A stretch of DNA of 39,993 nucleotides from Octopus bimaculoides (Eukaryota), in contig NC_068987.1 of assembly GCF_001194135.2 (NCBI RefSeq), positions 9,456,140-9,496,132 on the forward strand, in the 5' to 3' direction. Positions 11,991 to 22,978 of this stretch are shown here, piece by piece. Position numbers and translations under genes: made by a program. Within the stretch, counting starts at the first letter, position 1. Each line of letters begins with the position of its first letter. The notes under the pieces are model-generated. The model had not been told where the DNA came from. It did not search any database and worked only from the letters and a program-made list of their open reading frames with translations.

Positions 11991-12221
11991 CTAAATCTGG
12001 ACATTAGTGATAGTGGAGAGCTGAGAGCTGGGAATGAAGAACAGTGAAGTACCATTGTCATCAGAGTCCTCATGAGACTGACATGCAGTGCCAGTCTCAG
12101 GCATTTTTTCACCAAAAGCCTCCATCTCTTGTGGAATACTCATCATGCCCTTGGCCATGTCATTATTCCATTCCCCTACATTATCAAACACATTTCCCTC
12201 GTCGTCACAATTACTTTCAAG
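11991..12221 (-). CDS. FKBP4: FKBP4 alternative (proximal) 3' coding exon (LESNCDDEGNVFDNVGEWNNDMAKGMMSIPQEMEAFGEKMPE...)
   Basis: CACTAAC branch point at 12244-50 and catttttgtAG acceptor, in phase 0 with the upstream exon. Open for 76 codons to TAG. A possible internal donor G|GTACTT lies at 12053. Confidence 0.65.
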   Translation of the reverse strand, partial: LESNCDDEGNVFDNVGEWNNDMAKGMMSIPQEMEAFGEKMPETGTACQSHEDSDDNGTSLFFIPSSQLSTITNVQI

Positions 12222-13883
12222 CTACAAAAATGCAAAGATCAAGGTTAGTGTGTAAATATTTTGTCTGATTAAAAACAAAAAAAATTTTTTTTTGTTTAAA
12301 GGAAACTTTATCTAACAAATTGAATTATGGATTAATGACTACATGAAACAATGATAATTTTAAGAAATATTAATTCCTGTTGTGTGAAAGGGAAGTCTTT
12401 ATTACGAAAATAAATTGCAGCAAAGTCATTTACAAAACATTTTAGATCAACTTTTTTTTTCTTCTACTTTTGTATGGGAAGAACATTTAATATCCTGTGC
12501 AAGTTCATAAAGACAAAACACATCTTTGACTCCACAATATTCAGGAACAATTAGTTTATTTGAAGTTGGGTTATTCAAAAACAGCCTCAGTAGATTTTGA
12601 ACAAAACTGTTACAAAATGCAACTGTTATGCTCTTACTATTTAGTAAATGTATATTTTGCTACTTTTAAGAGGATGAAAGATTGAATAAAATCTATGATT
12701 TGAACCATAGAATGGCAATGGTTTCCAAACTTGCTACCATTACTTCAATATAATCAGCCAGTTACATCTTTTTAAGACAAAACATGGCATGCTCCTTTAG
12801 TAACATAAACTTATATTCAATTAGATTTTTAGTACTAGATATACATTAATATTTAGAACTTTGTTTTGGTTTTTTTTTTTTTTTACATTTAATTTTCATC
12901 AACAGCAAATGATGCTGAAAACAAATTTTTTTTTTAATCATAAAATTCAAATAAGAAGACTGTGTCAAGCTTTAATGTCTATTTTAGCATGATTTCTATG
13001 GCTGGATGCCCCTTCCAAATACCAACCACTTTACAGAGAGCACCCCAACACTAGTGAGGTTGCCAAATAGCTCATAAGACAAGCCCCTTTGAATTAAGTG
13101 GGATGCAGTATTGAGAGAGGTGGTTTATGCCAGTTAGCAGAGTGCTGTCTGAAANNNNNNNNNNNNNNNNNNNNNNNNNNNNNNNNNNNNNNNNNNNNNN
13201 NNNNNNNNNNNNNNNNNNNNNNNNNNNNNNNNNNNNNNNNNNNNNNNNNNNNNNNNNNNNNNNNNNNNNNNNNNNNNNNNNNNNNNNNNNNNNNNNNNNN
13301 NNNNNNNNNNNNNNNNNNNNNNNNNNNNNNNNNNNNNNNNNNNNNNNNNNNNNNNNNNNNNNNNNNNNNNNNNNNNNNNNNNNNNNNNNNNNNNNNNNNN
13401 NNNNNNNNNNNNNNNNNNNNNNNNNNNNNNNNNNNNNNNNNNNNNNNNNNNNNNNNNNNNNNNNNNNNNNNNNNNNNNNNNNNNNNNNNNNNNNNNNNNN
13501 NNNNNNNNNNNNNNNNNNNNNNNNNNNNNNNNNNNNNNNNNNNNNNNNNNNNNNNNNNNNNNNNNNNNNNNNNNNNNNNNNNNNNNNNNNNNNNNNNNNN
13601 NNNNNNNNNNNNNNNNNNNNNNNNNNNNNNNNNNNNNNNNNNNNNNNNNNNNNNNNNNNNNNNNNNNNNNNNNNNNNNNNNNNNNNNNNNNNNNNNNNNN
13701 NNNNNNNNNNNNNNNNNNNNNNNNNNNNNNNNNNNNNNNNNNNNNNNNNNNNNNNNNNNNNNNNNNNNNNNNNNNNNNNNNNNNNNNNNNNNNNNNNNNN
13801 NNNNNNNNNNNNNNNNNNNNNNNNNNNNNNNNNNNNNNNNNNNNNNNNNNNNNNNNNNNNNNNNNNNNNNNNNNNNNNNNNNN

Positions 13884-13914
<31 letters not shown>

Positions 13915-14078
13915 ATCATCATCATCATTTAATGTCCACTTTCCATGCTAGCATGGGTTGGACTGGGGACTGGCAAACCGGATGGCTGCACCAGACTCCA
14001 ATCTGATCTGGCAGAGTTTCTACAGCTGGATGCCCTTCCTAACGCCAACCACTCCGCGAGTGTAGTGGGTGCTTTTTA
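13915..14078 (-). mobile_element. Family E short retroposon with (GAT)n 3' tail
   Basis: (CAT)n-TTTAA(C/T)GTCC...GGATGCCCTTCCTAACGCCAACC. Homologs at about 9817, 10587, 12985, 20888 and 35612 (same strand) and 38040-38305 and 39405 (opposite strand). Confidence 0.75.
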
Positions 14079-14159
14079 TACTGACATACATACATACATA
14101 CACACATGTGCCTAAGCGAGTCAGAAGACAGACAAGTATAAAAATGTGACAATACCAAC

Positions 14160-14348
14160 CTTAGCATTCTCCATGGTGTATTTAGAGAAGATATTGGCAT
14201 AGAGTTTCTTTTCCTTCTCTTTGTAATCTTTCATTTTCTTTGTGCAAATGATGATGTGATTCTTAGCAGCTTTATTGTCAGGTTCCAGTTTTAGCAAGGA
14301 ATTAAAATCGCCCAAGGCTTCCTTGTAGTCATTCTCGTTCATCTTTGC
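14160..14348 (-). CDS. FKBP4: FKBP4 exon, TPR3 and C-terminal helix (AKMNENDYKEALGDF...PDNKAAK...EKKLYANIFSKYTMENAK)
   Basis: ctttacAG acceptor, AAG|GTTGGT donor, 189 nt, phase 0-0. EKKLYANIF resembles FKBP52 EKKLYANMF. Confidence 0.95.
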
Positions 14349-14453
14349 CTGTAAAGCAAACATACACAACCAGCTCAGAAATTTACTTAACACTCTTCTC
14401 AATCTAGTGGTTGAATGAATTTTATAAAGAGAGTGACAACAGAAGAAAATTAA

Positions 14454-14659
14454 CCCTTTAGCATTTAAATCAGCCACCTTCAGCCCAAATATTCAACCTA
14501 CTTAATGTTAAAACTGACCAGATCCTGCCTCTTACACTACAATGTCTTTCTAAAAATAAACAATCACATCATTGAAATTCCAAAGCTACAAAATATTTCA
14601 TGATTAATTCAAAACAATGTGAATAATACATTCGACAGAGTAATTAGAATGCTGAAGGG
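14454..14659. mobile_element. piggyBac-type MITE (same family)
   Basis: TTAA|CCCTTTAGCATT...AATGCTGAAGGG|TTAA. Body similar to 9266-9491. Confidence 0.85.
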
Positions 14660-14934
14660 TTAATGAATGAATTAATGACAAAAAAGTTGTTAAGTGAATA
14701 TGTATATTACATCTATTTGTTTTTTTCTATGCCTTTATGAGTTGGAGACATTTCCATGAAATATTTTTTAAAAAGGTTGGATAATTCTCCGACTTTCAAC
14801 CATGGAGGTGCAAAACCATGGTCAGTTATGCAAACTGGGACAAAAAAGGAAACAAAAAAAAAAAAACAATAGTGGTCTGAATTCATAGCCGAGATTCGAA
14901 CTAATTCAAACAATTCACATATTAGCTATCTTTT

Positions 14935-15293
14935 ATCTTTTCAGTCATTGGACTGCAGCCATGCTGGGGCACCATATTGAAGAACTCTTAGTTGAATGAA
15001 TCAACCCCAGTACTTTTTTTTCTTTAAAGCCTGGTACTTATTCTAACAGCCTCTTTTGCCAAAACACTAAGTTAGGAGGACATGGACACACCAACACTGG
15101 TTGTCAAGCAGTGATGTGTGGACACACACACACACACGACAGGCTTCTTTCAGTTTCCATATGCCAAATCCACTCACAAGGCTTTCGTTGGCCCAAGACA
15201 ATAGTAAAAGACACTTGCCGAGGTGTCATGCAGTGGGACTGAACCTGGAACTATGTGGTTAGGAAGTAAGCTTCTTACCAGACAAAACCACAC
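14935..15293 (-). mobile_element. Composite SINE: head A, (TG)n, body C
   Basis: Body CATTGGACTGCAGCCATGCTGG...CTAAGTTAGGAGGAC joins through (CA)n to the head A sequence. Same layout at 24835-25137. Confidence 0.8.
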
Positions 15294-15537
15294 TTGTGGA
15301 ACATTAAAATCATCACAAGTAATGAAACAATTCAATAAGTGTCTCACCAGAAGTATCCATCTGTATTAACTGGACACGGAGATCAAGAGACCCAAATTCC
15401 CATTGCAGGGATTAAAACTCAACTGAGACAAATTGTAACAACTGGTTTATGACTTTAGGTTAGTATTAAAGAGTTTTAGTTTTAGCGTATTTAAAAGTAA
15501 CATTGTGTGCAAAACAGTGAAAGAGACATTGTATTAC

Positions 15538-15774
15538 CTGGCCTCGGCGGAAGAGTCCTTTGACATTTTGTTCATCAATTTCTAATGCCTTATCACAAGC
15601 CTGAATAGCATGATGGGAATCATTTGTTTTCAGATGACACAAAGCAGTGTTGAGGTGAGCAGCAAGCAAGAGAGATTTCTTTTGTACTTCTTCATCATCT
15701 TCTAGACTGGATTCATTTTCCAAATATGATACAATCTTTTTGTATTGCCTCACAGCTATTTGATATTTTTCACT
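15538..15774 (-). CDS. FKBP4: FKBP4 exon, TPR1-3 (SEKYQIAVRQYKKIVSYLE...AHLNTALCHLK...NVKGLFRRGQ)
   Basis: atttAG acceptor, CAG|GTAATA donor, 237 nt, phase 0-0. Confidence 0.95.
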
Positions 15775-17001
15775 CTAAATAAAGAGAGACATAGAGAACT
15801 GTACAAAAAAAAAAAGCTCTGAAGATATTTAATATATGTGATTTAATGCAAAATACAGTTCATTAATATATTAACAAAACACATGAAAAATACAAGGAAA
15901 TCTCCACATATTGCCAGGGCTATTTTCTGGAAACACTTGCTGTGCCTGGATAAATAAGAAGCTTTACACCTTTTATGCCAGACACTTCAAAGGATGGCAT
16001 CACTCTATATAAAGATCTTTCAGGAAATAGTCTGATTACACTGTGTAACAAAATTTTTATTTATTTTTTGTCTTTGGTCATTAAGTGTTATTTCTGATTT
16101 GCTTCTATCGAGAAATCAAAGGAAATGACTACTATTCCCTTCAAACTTTGCATTTGTGTCATAGACATCAATGTTTTGAAACTGAGCTATTTTCCACTAC
16201 ATTTCAAACAGATTCAATACCCAGTTGCTGAAGCAGAAATATCGCTAGAGCAAAATATTCAGCTCAGTACCACAGCTTTGCTTATCAATTGCTTGAGCAT
16301 TTCTCTCTCTCACTTAGTGGCTGACAATATATGCATCTCTGATCATGAGCAAGAGTAGATGGGGAGCAGCATAATCATAGCCATGTGTTGAGAGGGATTC
16401 TTTGAGGTTTGAATAAATATCGTTAACAAAAGCAAAATTTGAAGGAAATAATAGCCATTTTTCATACTTTTTTATGTAAGCAAATAGGAAATAACAGGTG
16501 CCACCCAAGTACAAAAATCATGTTACAGTGTTATAGACTCCACAAAGAATTCCTTTACTGAAGAAACATTATGCAGATTACCTCTTCAAAACGATTAGAA
16601 TATAGTAAGAGAGCTAAAAACACTTACTTGGAAATTACAGAGAAAATACAAAATTTAGGATGTTTTATTACAAGTATTGAATATTTCTTACATGTGTTGG
16701 TAAACTGGGTAATCATGCATGCATGTGTAACACTCTAAAACTACATCAGATATTTAAACATGCCCATTAATTATATCATACACTAAATGGTCTCATGTTC
16801 TCACCCAATAATACTGGATTCAGAATATTACAAGTACTTCATTAAGACCAGTGTAATGAAAGGAAATTTGGACTTGGAGCCATAAGTTAATGCTTATAAC
16901 ATTTTTAATTCAAGACAACGCTATCATCAAGCAATGACGAAACTGATAACATGAAGAACACAAAAACAAAAAGGAAAAGAAAGCAACAACAATAATATTA
17001 C

Positions 17002-17085
17002 CTTATAATATTGGGTACCCTTATTTTTGGCTAATTCTGCTTGTCTTAATTTTTCTTTTGCATCCATTCTCCAAATTTCTTTTGC
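17002..17085 (-). CDS. FKBP4: FKBP4 exon, TPR1 start (AKEIWRMDAKEKLRQAELAKNKGTQYYK)
   Basis: Absent from the ORF track and read by hand. ttctttcAG acceptor, AAG|GTAATA donor, 84 nt, phase 0-0. Matches [28 protein letters not shown]. Confidence 0.93.
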
Positions 17086-17205
17086 CTGAAAGAAAAATAT
17101 TATTTCTAATATATTTAGAAGGTTATTGAAATAAAAATATTTTAACAGTTCTCCTCAAGTAACCCAACATTCATTCAAGGCCCTTTTACAATCCCATTCA
17201 CTTAG

Positions 17206-17207
<2 letters not shown>

Positions 17208-17289
<82 letters not shown>

Positions 17290-17300
17290 AGAGAGAGAGA
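17208..17300. repeat. (GA)n microsatellite
   Basis: Direct reading. Confidence 0.95.
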
Positions 17301-18507
17301 AGGAACATTTAAGACATTTAAGTTAAACAAAATGAAAAAAGCAATTTTTAAGAAAATAGCAGTTACACTTGGGCCAATCAGAAATTGATTCATCGTTATT
17401 CTAGTAACAGTTTCTGCATACTAACTGGTTCTACAATACAGCAAAGTGTCACTCACTTTGATTCTACACAGTTTTCATCGATAAAGTCCAGTACCCAAAA
17501 GCAACCCTCATCACATTCTCTCACACTGCATTTACTGACCATTCCAACACAGTTCTCTCTCCTGTACACCTAAGCTGATGCCTTTAAGCAACACTATTTT
17601 GCCTTTTTTTAAAAAGAAATTTAAGAAAATAAAATTCAATTGTATTACTGGTTTTAGTTATTGCAACCAAATCAGTATCACTCCCCCACCCCACCAGTAC
17701 TTACGTAAGTCTTATATTTTATCAGTCTCTTTGCCAAACCTTAAACTTACAGGACTTAAAAGGGAACACCACAAACAACAGCTTTTAGACAGGTGCAAAG
17801 ACAAACACCTGTACACCAAACATGGTGTGCTTTTGCAATTTCCAGCTACTATGTCCATTCACAAGGTATTGGTCACCACATGCTACTTGACTAAATGTTG
17901 CTGCAATTATAAACTAGGTTTTATGAATGAATTAAGACCATAATCAAATTATGTGTATATAATTACAATATGGAATCTTTCTCGGTTGACCGAAATATCT
18001 ATAAAGTGACGAATAACGTGATGGTCTAATGTAAGAGAAAACACTACACAGCATCCATTACACAATAACCTGAAACAGAACCAATATCTAAATTCCAGTG
18101 CCAATTGGTCTCAGGTCAGCTGCTAAAACAGATTCTTTTTGCATTCCTCAAGCTTTTAAAAAAAAAACAAGAACTCAGCATTGCAAGCTAACCTGATTGT
18201 AAATAAATAAATATACGTTAAAGCTATTTACAAGTGAACTGAATCAATGATGTTTAACTGATTTAGTGGCGGTACATATCATGAGATATAAACTGTCAAC
18301 CCATTGGCTAATAAACACATATTCTATCCTTTCTGTCATGAAGTGCATCACAGAAGACACTTTTGTTACATGCAGTCAAAAGTCTGCAAGGTTTGTATTT
18401 TTCACATTTGCTTTACAAAATTAAACAAAATATTAAAATAAGAAAATGCAAAGAAATCCAAGTTCAAGGAAGGTCGTCTGTCAGTAAGTTACAAGTTTCA
18501 AGTTTAG

Positions 18508-18999
18508 CCCTTTGGCATTTAAACTAGCCTTATCTGGCCCAAACATTCTGTTTTATGTTCAAACTGGCCAGATCCAACCTTTTTCAACCTACCCTACAAT
18601 GCCATTCTAAAAATAAACAATCACATCATTGAAATCTCAAAGCTACAAGATAACGAATGAATTATTCAAAACAATGTGAATGAAGAAGAATTTCATGCTG
18701 TGAGAGACCGACAATGCCAAAGTATAGACTCCACGTTTCTTCTGCATATTATAAAAGGCGACTAAAGGAGGCTGAGGTAGGATTTTGCACTCAGACCTTG
18801 TAATACCATCAGCAGCAATGACTAGCCAAACAGACCCATGGGCTGGAGGGTTGTTGCCCGAGTGGTGCAAAGGTGTCATCTGCCAGGAGTAAGGGAATCA
18901 CAAACAAATGGGGGGTGCAGCGATGTACTGCTACAGCACATGCTCCCATACTACTACTACTACTACTACATTTGGTAGAGTAATCTGAACGCTAAAGGG
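18508..18999. mobile_element. piggyBac-type MITE with TTAG duplication, interrupted by a (CTA)n-tailed insertion (about 18681-18969)
   Basis: TTAG|CCCTTTGGCATT...AACGCTAAAGGG|TTAG. The family body is split by about 290 bp of unrelated sequence ending in (CTA)n. Confidence 0.8.
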
Positions 19000-19154
19000 T
19001 TAGAGCAGCAAAAGCCAATACTAAGCAGTACACAACACATAAATTAAGTGATACTGAAGTTTTAAGTTGATAAAATGGATCTATACTGACAATCCATGCC
19101 AGCTCGGAAACCAAACGTTAAATGATGATGATGGAGGCATAGAAAGGTGTTTAC

Positions 19155-19402
19155 CTTTTCAAATGATTTCAATGTGACATCATATTTAAGACGTGCATTA
19201 GGTGGAATATTGAATTTAGCATTACCCTCTTCACCATATGCATATTTTGCATCAATTTCAATAGTGGAATGTTCGTTAAATTTGAAATGTTTCACAACTA
19301 TGTCTAAACCTTCAATAACGTCTTCTGCACTGCCTTCTCCAATAACAAATGTCACATCACGGTCTTCAAATTGTTTATCTTCATAGTACCCAATATAATG
19401 AA
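19155..19402 (-). CDS. FKBP4: FKBP4 exon, FK2 (HYIGYYEDKQFEDRDV...NIPPNARLKYDVTLKSFEK)
   Basis: poly-T cAG acceptor, AAG|GTAAAC donor, 248 nt, phase 1-0. Confidence 0.95.
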
Positions 19403-19946
19403 CTGAAAAAAAAAAAAAAAAAAAAGAGAAGTTAATTATCAGAGATGAAACACTGGATAAGGCATTACATTTTAAATCACTTTGAGTAATAAATAAACTG
19501 ATTTTTTTTTTGTTCAACACGTCTATATCCATTCATTTCAAGCTTCAATTTTGTATTTTTAGTGTAAATGCAATGCATGTTTGTTTTATACACACAAACT
19601 CGTTTCTTATTGTAAAATACAAATCTGATATTTGCCAAGCAACAGACGAACTATATAACTCCAATGGAGAACTTGCAAATAGCCCAAACGACTGTTTGAC
19701 TTCAAATACTCCACTGAGAATTTCAATAATAATCCAAGCTCTTATTACTGTCCAACTACTGGATTGACTACATAAGCGTCAAGTATGGATATTTTCAGCA
19801 TGTAACTATTTTTGATGGTTCAGCTGCCTTCCTTGTCTTCATATCCTCAATCTCACTTTTGGCCATTCAGCAGTTGATTTTAACATTGGTTTAGTGGCAC
19901 CAATAAGAATAAAATATGAACAAAATGACAAAGTTTTAAATCTTAC

Positions 19947-20042
19947 CATTTACAGTAGCACCATCATTTGGTGTGTCCGTGCCCTCTCCTTTTGATATCA
20001 TTCTCCTTATAATGCTGTCATCTTTTTTAGGAGACAAATCCT
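19947..20042 (-). CDS. FKBP4: FKBP4 exon, FK linker and FK2 start (DLSPKKDDSIIRRMISKGEGTDTPNDGATVN)
   Basis: tttacAG acceptor, G|GTAAGA donor, 96 nt, phase 1-1. Resembles FKBP52 [28 protein letters not shown]. Confidence 0.93.
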
Positions 20043-20129
20043 CTGTAAAAAGAAAAAAACCAAAAAGAGTTAAAATGTATTTACAAATAGAATGTAAGTT
20101 TCCAATTGAGTTAAGAACTGCCAATATTA

Positions 20130-20282
20130 TACAGTTCTATATTTAAGAGATGAGGAATTATGTACATTATTTACATTTGACAGATATTTGTCTTCATCTG
20201 ATGAAGGCTGGAGGGTATATCAGCCAAAACGTGTTAACAACAAACATGATGAGGACAAATTATCCGTTGAATGTAAATAATG
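20130..20282. mobile_element. Fold-back dimer of the 3' part of the hammerhead-bearing short retroelement
   Basis: Arms 20165-20198 and 20248-20282 are inverted repeats. The centre reads CTGATGA-A-GGCTG-10nt-CAGCC-AAAAC-GTGTT. Homologous to 25459-25547. Confidence 0.8.
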
Positions 20283-20332
20283 CGCCAATGTTATATTCTC
20301 GTTATTTCTAAAATGAAAGTTTAAAAATTTAC

Positions 20333-20497
20333 CTTTCCAATCAAAAAGTTCTATTTCAAACACGAGAGTGGCATCTGGTCCAATTTTGTCATGGAAACCT
20401 CTTTTTCCGTAAGCATAGTCAGATTTGCAGGTGAAACGAGAAAGTTCACCTTTCTTCATTGTAGCTACACCAATGTCCCATGCTTTAATGACCTTCT
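20333..20497 (-). CDS. FKBP4: FKBP4 exon, FK1 C-half ([17 protein letters not shown]...[14 protein letters not shown])
   Basis: tttaaAG acceptor, G|GTAAAT donor, 165 nt, phase 1-1. Confidence 0.95.
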
Positions 20498-21164
20498 CTT
20501 TAAAAAATAGAAGAAAAAAACAAAAATAAGCATAGAATAATAAAAAGAGTTGACTCGTGTATTCAACATAACTTACAAGAAGGGAGATCTCAAAAGTGTT
20601 ATTCACTATCTGCAAACACTGAATATACAAAAATGTTACACAGGGACAGTCTAGTAGTGGAAGCACAACTAGACTCTTCATACGACTTGTAGGCAGGTTT
20701 TATAACCTAGATATGGCTGGATTGTTGTAGTGAAATATCCTGGAGGATATTTCCAGTATGGAGGACTCACAAGATAAAAATTATCAGCTCCATAGTCATA
20801 TTTTACAAATACAAGAAAGACACCTCATAGTTTGTGTGTAGTGAAATTATGAAGTTTGTTGTTAGAACTGGTCTTGTCTTTCACATCATTATCATCATTG
20901 TTTAACGTCTTCCATGCTGACATGGTTTGGACGGTTTGACAGGAGCTGGTCAGTCAAGGAGCTGTCCAGACTCCCAACTGTTTGTTGTGGCATGGTTTCT
21001 ACCGTGCATCGCGGTATGACAACTGATACTCTGCGAGGAGCAGCTGGGGAATCCAACTGGGGAATCGAAGAAAACTTAACATAACAGCAACATAATATGT
21101 AATTCATAACCGAGTGAAAATTAATAGAAATGCAATAAAAAAAAAAATCGTAATTACAAACTAG

Positions 21165-21870
21165 GGATCTTTTTTAAAACGGGGGCCACATTTTTCATTA
21201 ACGAAACACTTTGAAACTTGGAACACTGGTAGAATGTGTCATATAAAACATCTTTTTCTCTTAGTCTTCTTAAAAAAAAAAGAAATCCCTAAGTTATTCC
21301 ATGTTAAAGTTGTCGTATTTCTGTAATTTCAACCAATCACCGACGTCCATTCAGCCGATATACATTAAGTGCCGACTACATAAACAAGCGATTCTGAAAC
21401 NNNNNNNNNNNNNNNNNNNNNNNNNNNNNNNNNNNNNNNNNNNNNNNNNNNNNNNNNNNNNNNNNNNNNNNNNNNNNNNNNNNNNNNNNNNNNNNNNNNN
21501 NNNNNNNNNNNNNNNNNNNNNNNNNNNNNNNNNNNNNNNNNNNNNNNNNNNNNNNNNNNNNNNNNNNNNNNNNNNNATCGGTGATAGGGTTAGGGTAAAA
21601 CAGCAAATTTAAAAAGAAAAAAGCAAATAAAACGAAGCTATGGCTTAATCAGCCAAAGGAGTAAACGTAAACAACTTAATACTTGTCTGTGATTGGTTGA
21701 AATTATCGAAATAAGACAATTTTTTACATGAAATAAATTCGAATACAAAAATATTTTTCTGTTCTATAACACAAAATAGATAAGTATACGAAGTTTGAAA
21801 GTCTTTCGGTACCAAAAACACTACGTAAAACATTAATGAAAAATGTGGCCCCCCGTTTCAAAAAAGATCC
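21165..21870. mobile_element. Non-autonomous DNA transposon (MITE), Merlin-like
   Basis: TIRs of about 37 bp, GGATCTTTTTT(A/G)AAACGGGGG(G)CCACATTTTTCATTAA. Perfect 8-bp TSD CAAACTAG at 21157-64 and 21871-78. An internal 16-bp inverted repeat lies at 21325-40 and 21689-704. GG termini with an 8-bp TSD fit Merlin. Confidence 0.85.
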
Positions 21871-22752
21871 CAAACTAGATATGCTACATTTTTTTTTTTT
21901 ACTGGTGTCAGTCACTGAAGCATCACCCAAGAACTATTTCTCGGAAGATAAATGTAGACATTGGTGCAAGGGGAGATAATTCAAGCCGACAAATATTGCA
22001 AAACTTCCTTGTTAGACTTATTTTTATACATGCTGATATGAACATATGCATGTGCATACTTATGTCCATGAATTTATCAACACACATCTATTGTGCTTGT
22101 TTCAATCAATGGCTACAACCATGTTTGTATATATAACTCTGCCAGATATTGGTTAAGAAAAATCATACATATCGGCCTAAGGGCCATTCCTTAAAATTTT
22201 CATTATGTTTACTCCCTTAGCCTTTTCTAAATGCTCAATGAATTACCCCCACAAAACAGCAGGAGTTTATCATCATGAGCATAGTTTGTGCTCTCCTGTC
22301 GTTCAAACTTGCACTGGTCTGGTGCAACAAGTGCCAAGAGCTCAGTAGTTACCAGGATGCAGGATTTGTACAGAGTTACCTCCTCTTACATGAGCAACTA
22401 AGAAGCTGAAACGACCATCTGCCCTAGGTAGGTTAGGGTGCCTGAGTGACCTCCTTCCAGAAGCAATTCTTTGACAGGCTAACTAACCCGTAGCTGGGAC
22501 CTTGACAGGTGCTACTACTCTAGATCTGAGTAGACTTGGGAACAATAGTGGCTAAGGGGTGATTCCATACTCCTCAAAACTCAAACTCCCAAACCAGGGC
22601 TTCACTACCAATTGCAGTTTTGAGTCATGCCCAGCCCATCCTGTTTCCAGGCAAAGTAACATTTCTCATGGTCAGACATGTTTTTCCATGGAAGACTAGA
22701 AACAAACAGCATTGTTTGTATGACAGTGATGCTTGTTTACACACACACACAT

Positions 22753-22885
22753 ACAAACGGGCTTCTTTCAGTTTCTGTCTACTAAAGCCACTCTGCCCGA
22801 GATTATAGTAAAAGACACTTGCCCAAGGTGCCACACAATAGGACTGAACCTGGGATCATGTGGTTGAGAAGCAAGCCTCTTGAAC
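22753..22885 (-). mobile_element. SINE family A head
   Basis: Homologous to 62-220. Further copies at about 24528-24650, 26935-27080 and 35864-36020. Confidence 0.75.
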
Positions 22886-22978
22886 CCCATTCACAATGCA
22901 CCTATTATGAATAGATTTACATCATCATATTCATCAACCAAATTGGAAATACGAGTGTACATGCTTTTATGTACTTAC

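Noticed and set aside
20198-20235. An active ribozyme cleaving FKBP4 pre-mRNA
   Set aside because: This copy is antisense to FKBP4 and has GAAA changed to AAAA. The sense copy at 25507-47 lacks the stem I 3' strand, so cis cleavage is not expected.
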